Origin: Planctomycetota bacterium
GTDB taxonomy: Bacteria > Planctomycetota > B15-G4 > SIAN01
NCBI GenBank assembly: GCA_031409275.1
Contig: JANNXA010000055.1
Location: 192,001 to 256,000, forward strand
Direction: 5' to 3'
DNA: 64,000 nt
The translations under genes and the position numbers were made by a program. The notes below the pieces were generated by a model. The model searched no databases. It saw only the letters and a list, made by a program, of their open reading frames with translations, and was not told where the DNA came from. Shown here one piece after another: positions 57,953 to 64,000 of the stretch. Positions within the stretch are counted from its first letter, which is position 1, and each line of letters begins with the position of its first letter.

Positions 57953-59094
57953 GGGGCGGCCCGCTTCGCGGCGGCTGCGTTGAGCAACGGCAACAGGGTG
58001 TCGATCTGATCGTCCCAACCGAAGCGTGCGCCCACCATGGCCGCGCGAGCTCGCGCTGCGTCCCCTTCCGCCAGCAGGCCGTCGATGGCGGCGGCGATCT
58101 CGGCGATCGATGACGGCGCGTCGACGACGCGCCCGCCCGCTGCCTCGACGTGCGGCGCCGCTCCGTTGCAAGCGGTCGTCACCACTGGTACGCCGGCCGC
58201 GAGCGCTTCGAGGCAGACGAGCGCACATGGGTCGAACCAGGTCGGATGGAGCAGCAGGTCCGCACGAGCCAGCCAAGGGTCGATCGACGTCGCGGCTCCC
58301 GCGAAATCGACCTGCGCCGCGATGCCGAGGCGCCGAGCCACCGCTTGCATCGGCGCGACGTGGCCGCGGCCCGCCACGACGAGTCGCGCCCCCCGCCGGT
58401 GCGCCTCACTGCGCGCGAAGGCGGCCAGGCCACTGCGTAGCCCCTTCAACTCGAAGTCGTGCGCCACGAAGAGCAATCTCGCACCGCGCGGCACCGCGCC
58501 GCGGTCGGAACATGCATCTCGTTGCGCCGCGAGCGCCGCAAGGCGTGCGACGTCGATCGCGGGTGGCACCACGACGATTCGATCGCGTGCGGCCGGGACG
58601 ATTGCCGACAGGTCCGCTCGCACCCGCTCCGACACCGCGATCGTCAAGAGGTCGCGGCGCTCCAGCAGCTCGCGTTCGACGGCGAGGAAGTAGCGGTGCC
58701 GCGCGCTGAACCGCTGCACGAACGCACGCAGCGTGCGGCGCCAACCCCAGCGATCGCTCGCACGCCGCGCGGCCGCGCTCGCTCCCCAACCACCGCCGTG
58801 TGGTTGATAGACATCGACCTGCGGCGCGTGCCGGATGCCGAGCAACGGCGCGCAACCATCCGCTCGCGCCATCGCGCAGGCGATTGCGGCGAAGCGCCGC
58901 TCGCGCGCGATGCGGCGGATGCCGCCGGCCGCGATCGTCACGCACGTCACTCCCGGCGGAGGTTCACCATGGCGCATGCAGTAGACGCGCACTGGATGGC
59001 CACGCGCGACCAGGCGCGCCGACAGCTCGAAGAGGTAGCGCTCCGCCCCACCGCGGGCCGCCGTGAAATCGTCGACGACGATCGCCAGTCGCAC
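57949..59094 (-). CDS. Glycosyltransferase family 4 (WaaG-like LPS core)
   Basis: GGAERY, FVAHDFELKGL, ADLLLHPTWFDP, LEALAAGVPVVTT..NGA. Confidence 0.88.
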   Translation of the reverse strand: MRLAIVVDDFTAARGGAERYLFELSARLVARGHPVRVYCMRHGEPPPGVTCVTIAAGGIRRIARERRFAAIACAMARADGCAPLLGIRHAPQVDVYQPHGGGWGASAAARRASDRWGWRRTLRAFVQRFSARHRYFLAVERELLERRDLLTIAVSERVRADLSAIVPAARDRIVVVPPAIDVARLAALAAQRDACSDRGAVPRGARLLFVAHDFELKGLRSGLAAFARSEAHRRGARLVVAGRGHVAPMQAVARRLGIAAQVDFAGAATSIDPWLARADLLLHPTWFDPCALVCLEALAAGVPVVTTACNGAAPHVEAAGGRVVDAPSSIAEIAAAIDGLLAEGDAARARAAMVGARFGWDDQIDTLLPLLNAAAAKRAAP

Positions 59095-59100
59095 GCGCGG

Positions 59101-60615
59101 CTACGCCTCAGGCGCGGCGCGGCCATGGCGGCGCTCGTGCGCGGCGATCCGCGCCGCCTTCGCAAGCGCGCGCCGTGCCAGCCGACGGGCGAACGCCCCA
59201 TCGCCGCGCGTGTAGGCCAGCAGCGCCCGCCACCGTTCGGCACGTGTCACGCCGGCCGCGCGTGCCGAGAACTCGAGCGCCGCGAGGTCCTTGGTGCGCC
59301 CGCGGCCGGGCAGACGCGCATGCCAGCTGACGCGCGACAGGTCGATCAGCACCAGCGAGCCGTCGACGCGCGGCAGGAAGTGGTCGAGATAGAGATCGCG
59401 GTGGAGGAACCCGGCCGCATGCAGTCGCCGCGCCATGCGCGCCGCAGCCAACAGCAACCGCCGCCGAGACGCTGCGCCAAGCGGCAGGCTCGGCAACTGC
59501 TCCCGCAACGTCACCCCCGGATCCACGCCCCGCGTCCACAGCACCGACGCGGCACCGTGCTGGCGAGCGACGGCCACGACTTGCGGCACCTCAATTCCGA
59601 GCGACGCCACCGCGCGCAGATGAACCCACTCCTGGAACGCCGGCGAGCGGCCGCGCTTCGGCGCCGCGTCGAATCGCTTGCCAAACCAGGTCGCCGTGGG
59701 CTCGCCTGGCGGCGCCGGCCAACGCAGGTTGGCGCGTCCGTCCCGAGTCCGCACCACGATCGAGTCCGCCGGCGCGAGCCATCTCGCCACCGAGCCGATC
59801 GGCGCCGCGCCATTCCACCGCGCAGCCACGTCGCCGGCGATGACGAGACGCTGCGTCGCATCGGTCCACTCGCGCACCCCCTCGGGGCGGGGCAGGCGCG
59901 CCTTCTCGAACAAACGACCGCGCGCGCGCCGAATCGACGCGGCGAGGCGGCGCCGCTTGAGGCGGTCGGGCTCGTAGGCCACCAGCATTCGCGCGCGCTC
60001 CGCCAACGAAAGTTGGCGCCGATCGATCGTCGCGAAGAGCGCGGCCCAATCGGCCGCCCGCGCCACGTCGGGGCAGCTCCGTCGCACCGATCGCACGCGC
60101 GCCTGCGCCAGGTCGATCCAGGCGATCGTGTCGCCGTCGATCCACGCATGCCAGGCGAAGAGCTGGCCGTGCGCGATCCCCGCCGCATGCAGCTTCGACA
60201 GCGCCATCGGGAGCGCGGCGAGGAGCTGCGCGCGCCGCGCGCGATCGACCCGCGGCAGGACCACGTCGAGCGGCTCGCCAGCGCGTTCCGCGTATGCCAG
60301 GAACGCCGCGCCATCGCGCCGCCGACCACGCGCCACGATGCGCGGCGCCGCGATCCCGCGCTCCACGCACGCCCGCGCGGCAGCCTCTTCGCGACGGAAC
60401 GTGCGGCGCTGCGCCGGCAGGAAGCTCTTCACGAAGAGGCGTGGACGCCCGAGTTCGGCGACGCACCACACGGCGCGCCCGTCGTTGGAACCGATGGCGC
60501 GGGCCGCTGCTGGCGGCCACGGCCACTCGGCAGCTGGATCCCACGCCGCCAGCAGCGCGGCCGCTTCGTCCGCGACCGCCAACCTCCAGCGCGAACGCGC
60601 CACCGGCTCAGCCAT
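59101..60615 (-). CDS. LPS kinase (Kdo/WaaP/InaA family), tandem domains
   Basis: C-terminal domain AFQEW, HRDLYLDHFL, LIDL, KDLAAL; N-terminal domain has degenerate HGQL..WIDL. Confidence 0.8.
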   Translation of the reverse strand: MAEPVARSRWRLAVADEAAALLAAWDPAAEWPWPPAAARAIGSNDGRAVWCVAELGRPRLFVKSFLPAQRRTFRREEAAARACVERGIAAPRIVARGRRRDGAAFLAYAERAGEPLDVVLPRVDRARRAQLLAALPMALSKLHAAGIAHGQLFAWHAWIDGDTIAWIDLAQARVRSVRRSCPDVARAADWAALFATIDRRQLSLAERARMLVAYEPDRLKRRRLAASIRRARGRLFEKARLPRPEGVREWTDATQRLVIAGDVAARWNGAAPIGSVARWLAPADSIVVRTRDGRANLRWPAPPGEPTATWFGKRFDAAPKRGRSPAFQEWVHLRAVASLGIEVPQVVAVARQHGAASVLWTRGVDPGVTLREQLPSLPLGAASRRRLLLAAARMARRLHAAGFLHRDLYLDHFLPRVDGSLVLIDLSRVSWHARLPGRGRTKDLAALEFSARAAGVTRAERWRALLAYTRGDGAFARRLARRALAKAARIAAHERRHGRAAPEA

Positions 60616-61399
60616 GCGACTCCGACGCCGCTTTGCTCTTCTTGCCGACGGCCATCGGAGCCGCAACGCGCGCCGCGAGCGCCTTCGCGACGGCATCCTT
60701 CGCCGCTTTCGCGGGCCCCTTGTCGATCAGCTTCGCCGCGCTTTTCATCGGCACCGTCTTGGCCGCGCCCGGCTTCTGCAGCGGCGCGCGCGCGGCAGCC
60801 TTCGGCGCCGACGATTTCGCCTTCGCGTTCGCGGTCGCCACTGGCTTCGCGCCCTTCTTCGGCTTCGCCGCGGGGGGCGCAGCGACCTTGCGCTCGCGGC
60901 GCGGTGCACTCGGACCGCTCGCGCCGCGTTCTCCGCGGATCCGCGCCAGCAGGTCGATGGTCGAGTGGTCCTTCGGATCGCCCACCACGATCAGCTCGGC
61001 GCCGATCTCGGCGAGGACGTCGCGCTCCGGCAGCGTGTCGAGCGCGTAGTCGGTGCCCTTCGCCACGAGCTGCGGCCGCAGCTTGCGCAGCAGCGGGCCG
61101 CAGGTCTCTTCGGAGAAGATCGTGACGTAGGCGACGCCTTGGATGGCGGCGAGGATCTCGGCGCGCTCGGCCTCCGGCTGCACCGGACGATCGGGCCCCT
61201 TCAACTTGCGGATCGAGGCATCGCTGTTCAGCGCGACGACGAGGAAGTCGCCGCGCTTGGCCGCGTCGATGAGGCAGCGGATGTGTCCGACGTGCAGCAG
61301 GTCGAAGCAGCCGTTGGTGAAGACGACGCGCTTGCCACCGTCGCGAAGCCCGCGCAACCGCAGCGCGAGCTCGTCATGGTCGCGGATGATCATTCCCAT
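60608..61399 (-). CDS. Stand-alone heptose-1-phosphate nucleotidyltransferase (RfaE domain II / HldC-like) with Lys/Ala-rich tail
   Basis: VFTNGCFDLLHVGH, ALNSDASIRKLKGPDRP, KGTDY, KDHST; about 100 aa K/A/P-rich C-terminus. Confidence 0.88.
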   Translation of the reverse strand: MGMIIRDHDELALRLRGLRDGGKRVVFTNGCFDLLHVGHIRCLIDAAKRGDFLVVALNSDASIRKLKGPDRPVQPEAERAEILAAIQGVAYVTIFSEETCGPLLRKLRPQLVAKGTDYALDTLPERDVLAEIGAELIVVGDPKDHSTIDLLARIRGERGASGPSAPRRERKVAAPPAAKPKKGAKPVATANAKAKSSAPKAAARAPLQKPGAAKTVPMKSAAKLIDKGPAKAAKDAVAKALAARVAAPMAVGKKSKAASESHG

Positions 61400-61463
61400 C
61401 GGACGCTCCCTCTCCCTGGTTCCGGCACGGCGCGACATCATGCCGCGGCGCCGTCGTTCCTGA

Positions 61464-62468
61464 TCACGCTTGCCCGAAAGGCGCCGGCGCGCGAGCGAGC
61501 ACGTCCCGCAGTTCCTGTTGCGAGCAGGTCGCCGCCCCGACCTTCATCACCACGACGCTGGCCGCGCAGTTGCTGATCCAGGCCGCCTCGCGCAGCGACG
61601 CGCCGGCGAGCCGCGCCGCGCTGAACGCCGCCACCACGGTGTCCCCGGCGCCCGACACGTCGACCACTTCGCCGGTCCCGACGATTCCGAACTCGAGCGG
61701 CTCCTGGCCCTGCGCGAAGAGCACCATGCCGTGCTTGCCGCGGGTCAGCAGCACCGCCCCGACGCCAAGCCGCTGCAACAGCGCCCGCCCGACCGCGAGG
61801 GCATCGCTGCCCGCCTCGATCTTGAGGCCCGCGGTCTCCTCGGCCTCCTCCTCGTTGGGGGTGATGACGGTGACGCCGGAGAACGCCGGCAGTCGATGGC
61901 GCGAATCGACGATGACCGGCTTGCTCTTCGCCTTGCGGCGCAACCAGTCGATCACGGCCGGCGTGAGCAGGTCGTAGTCGTAGTCGGAGACGAGGAAGGC
62001 TTGAACGCTGCGGTCGACCACTTCGAGACGCGCGATCGTCTCCTGCTCGCGCGGTCGCGCCTCGCCCCGGCGCGGCTCGCGGTCGATCCGGAAGAGCTGC
62101 TGCTTGGTGCGATGCGGATCGCCGGCGAGGATGCGGGTCTTGGTCACGGTCGGCCGTTCCGGGCGCCGCAGGATCGCGCCGGGATCGACACCGGCCGCCC
62201 CCAGCATCTCGATGACGCGGTCACCGGCCGAATCGCTGCCGACCTCCGCCACCATCTGCACGTGCACACCGAACGCCGCGAGGTTGCGAGCCGTGTTGGC
62301 CGCGCCGCCCGGGATCACCTCTTCGCGCTCGTAGTGGACCACCAGCACCGGTGCCTCGCGCGAGAGGCGCGCCGGCCGCGTGTACAGGTAGACGTCCGCG
62401 ATGACGTCGCCGACGACGCCGATCGTGAGCCCGTGCATCTTGTCGAGCCAGTGGGCGAGCGGGCTCAC
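61464..62468 (-). CDS. Stand-alone heptose-7-phosphate kinase-like protein (RfaE domain I / HldA-like, PfkB family)
   Basis: VVGDVIAD, RLSREAPV, PGGAANTARN, TKTRI, TPNEEE, TRGKHGM, DVSGAGDTV. Confidence 0.88.
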   Translation of the reverse strand: MSPLAHWLDKMHGLTIGVVGDVIADVYLYTRPARLSREAPVLVVHYEREEVIPGGAANTARNLAAFGVHVQMVAEVGSDSAGDRVIEMLGAAGVDPGAILRRPERPTVTKTRILAGDPHRTKQQLFRIDREPRRGEARPREQETIARLEVVDRSVQAFLVSDYDYDLLTPAVIDWLRRKAKSKPVIVDSRHRLPAFSGVTVITPNEEEAEETAGLKIEAGSDALAVGRALLQRLGVGAVLLTRGKHGMVLFAQGQEPLEFGIVGTGEVVDVSGAGDTVVAAFSAARLAGASLREAAWISNCAASVVVMKVGAATCSQQELRDVLARAPAPFGQA

Positions 62469-63922
62469 GCGTCGGCTCCCTTGCCGTCACGGATACGTTC
62501 GATGAGGCCGGTCGTCGAGAAGCCGGCGACCAGCGGCGCAAGCACCACCACCCCGCCATGCGCCTCCACGAACGAACGGCCGACGACGCCCTTGTCGCGC
62601 CAGTCGGCACCCTTCACCAGCACGGCGGGCGCGATGGCGGGCACCACCTTCTCGGGCGTGTCCTCGCTGAACGGGAAGACGGCGTCGACACACGCGAACG
62701 CGGCCAGCATCCGCATCCGCTGCGCGAGCGCCTGCACCGGCCGCCCGGCGCCCTTCGCGCGGCGCACCGAGGCGTCGTCGTTGACGGCGACGAAGAGGAG
62801 GTCGCCCTGCGAGCGCGCATGCTCGAGCGACTGCACGTGGCCCGCATGCAGCAGATCGAAGCAGCCGTTGGTCAGCACGACGCGCCGCCCCTGCGCGGCG
62901 TAGCGATGGGAGAGCTCCGCCGCTCCGGCGCGCGTGAGCACCTTCGACGCGGTCGAGAAGCCATGGGCGAGCGCATTGGCGAGTTCCGCCGGCGTCACGC
63001 TCGCCGCGCCGAGTCGCTCGACGACGAGTCCAGCCGCCGCATTCGCGAGTTCGACGCCCTCCGACAGCGGCAGCTCCGCCGCGCGCGCGAGCGCCAGCAC
63101 GGCGATGACGGTGTCGCCGGCGCCGGTCACGTCGAAGACGGTGCGCGCGCGCGTCGGAGCATCGCCTTCGGCGCCATCCGCCGTGCGCCAGTAGATGCCG
63201 CGCGCACCGCGCGTGATGACCACCCAACGCAGCCCGATCCGCTTCAGCAACTGCTCCGCCGCGGCACGACAACCGTCGAGCGTCGACGTGTCGCATCCGG
63301 TCGCGGCCTCGGCTTCGGCGGCATTGGGAGTGATGCCGTGCGCGCCGCGATAGCGCTCGAAGTCGCGGCCTTTCGGATCGACCAGCACTTCGGCGCCGAG
63401 CGCACACGCCGCCTCGATCAACGGGCGCGTCAGCAGCCCCTTGGCATAGTCGGAGAGGATGACCGCGTCGACCTTGCCGCGCAGCTTCAGCAGCTGCGCG
63501 ACCATCCGCTGCTCGAGCGCGCCGTGGATCGCGGACGCCTCCTCGCGATCGACCCGCAGCATCTGCTGATGGCGCGCCAGGATGCGGGTCTTCTCGATGG
63601 TCGGGCGCGCCGGATCGACGCGGATCCCGCTGGCGGAGACGCCCGCCGCAACCACCTGTTCCTTCAGCAGGCGGCCCGCCGCGTCGCTGCCGCAGACGCC
63701 GACCAGCAGCGGATGACCGCGCAAGCTCGCGACGTTGGCGGCGACGTTCGCCGCGCCGCCCGCGCGCACCTCTTCGCCGCGGACATGCACGACCGGAACC
63801 GGCGCCTCGGGCGAGATGCGCGGGACGTCGCCGCGCACGTAGCGATCGAGGATGAGATCCCCCACCACCAGCACGCGGCGCCGCGCGAGGCGCGCCACCA
63901 GCTCATCGCCGCCCTCGCTCAT
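62465..63922 (-). CDS. hldE: Bifunctional heptose-7-phosphate kinase / heptose-1-phosphate adenylyltransferase
   Basis: VGDLILD, RISPEAPVPV, GGAANVA, SDYAKG, DVTGAGDT, TNGCFDLLHAGH, KGADW, STT. Start ATG 63922 overlapping the upstream stop. Confidence 0.95.
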   Translation of the reverse strand: MSEGGDELVARLARRRVLVVGDLILDRYVRGDVPRISPEAPVPVVHVRGEEVRAGGAANVAANVASLRGHPLLVGVCGSDAAGRLLKEQVVAAGVSASGIRVDPARPTIEKTRILARHQQMLRVDREEASAIHGALEQRMVAQLLKLRGKVDAVILSDYAKGLLTRPLIEAACALGAEVLVDPKGRDFERYRGAHGITPNAAEAEAATGCDTSTLDGCRAAAEQLLKRIGLRWVVITRGARGIYWRTADGAEGDAPTRARTVFDVTGAGDTVIAVLALARAAELPLSEGVELANAAAGLVVERLGAASVTPAELANALAHGFSTASKVLTRAGAAELSHRYAAQGRRVVLTNGCFDLLHAGHVQSLEHARSQGDLLFVAVNDDASVRRAKGAGRPVQALAQRMRMLAAFACVDAVFPFSEDTPEKVVPAIAPAVLVKGADWRDKGVVGRSFVEAHGGVVVLAPLVAGFSTTGLIERIRDGKGADA

Positions 63923-64000
63923 GCGCGCCACTCCGCCGGCGGATCGATCAGCATCCAGCGCAACAACGGGAGCAGGATCTCGTGGTGACCGCGCAGGTCG
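63919..64000 (-). CDS. 3' end of an upstream gene (partial), unknown function
   Basis: Reverse translation DLRGHHEILLPLLRWMLIDPPAEWRA-stop; its TGA overlaps the hldE ATG. Confidence 0.6.
   Translation of the reverse strand, partial: DLRGHHEILLPLLRWMLIDPPAEWRA

Overview
High-GC bacterial chromosomal segment, densely coding (about 55 genes plus one tRNA-Ala(CGC)). No mobile element, CRISPR array or rRNA is visible. Gene content (alpha2-type GlyRS, futalosine pathway, BMC shell genes, membrane Ser/Thr kinase, carboxypeptidase-regulatory-like repeat protein) suggests a Planctomycetota/PVC-like diderm; this is inference only. Left to right: glyQS (partial); mqnC-mqnE-mqnA; an archaeal-type topoisomerase VI pair (top6B-top6A); a minus-strand clpP/ABC permease/YyaL/esterase block; ilvE-lpxB. 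Next comes a long minus-strand run in which mreB-mreC-mreD-mrdA-rodA continues through an ATGA overlap into an acylating aldehyde dehydrogenase, three BMC shell genes, a small Cys-rich protein and an ECF sigma/anti-sigma pair. Then lnt-moeA, tRNA-Ala, and an isc operon (rrf2-iscS-iscU-iscA-hscB-hscA) with IscX fused in frame to HscA and no fdx, followed by a second cysteine desulfurase. The window ends with a roughly 19 kb minus-strand block joining LPS heptose/core genes (hldE plus stand-alone kinase and nucleotidyltransferase paralogues) to a signalling module: FHA-GAF-sigma54 activator, secreted pseudo-zincin, membrane Ser/Thr kinase and an MglA-like GTPase fused to a degenerate histidine-kinase fold. 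The most notable candidates are the elongasome-coupled BMC locus, the MglA/pseudo-histidine-kinase fusion module, the HscA-IscX fusion with an internal RBS, and the bacterial Topo VI. All calls come from motif recognition by eye; no database searches were run.
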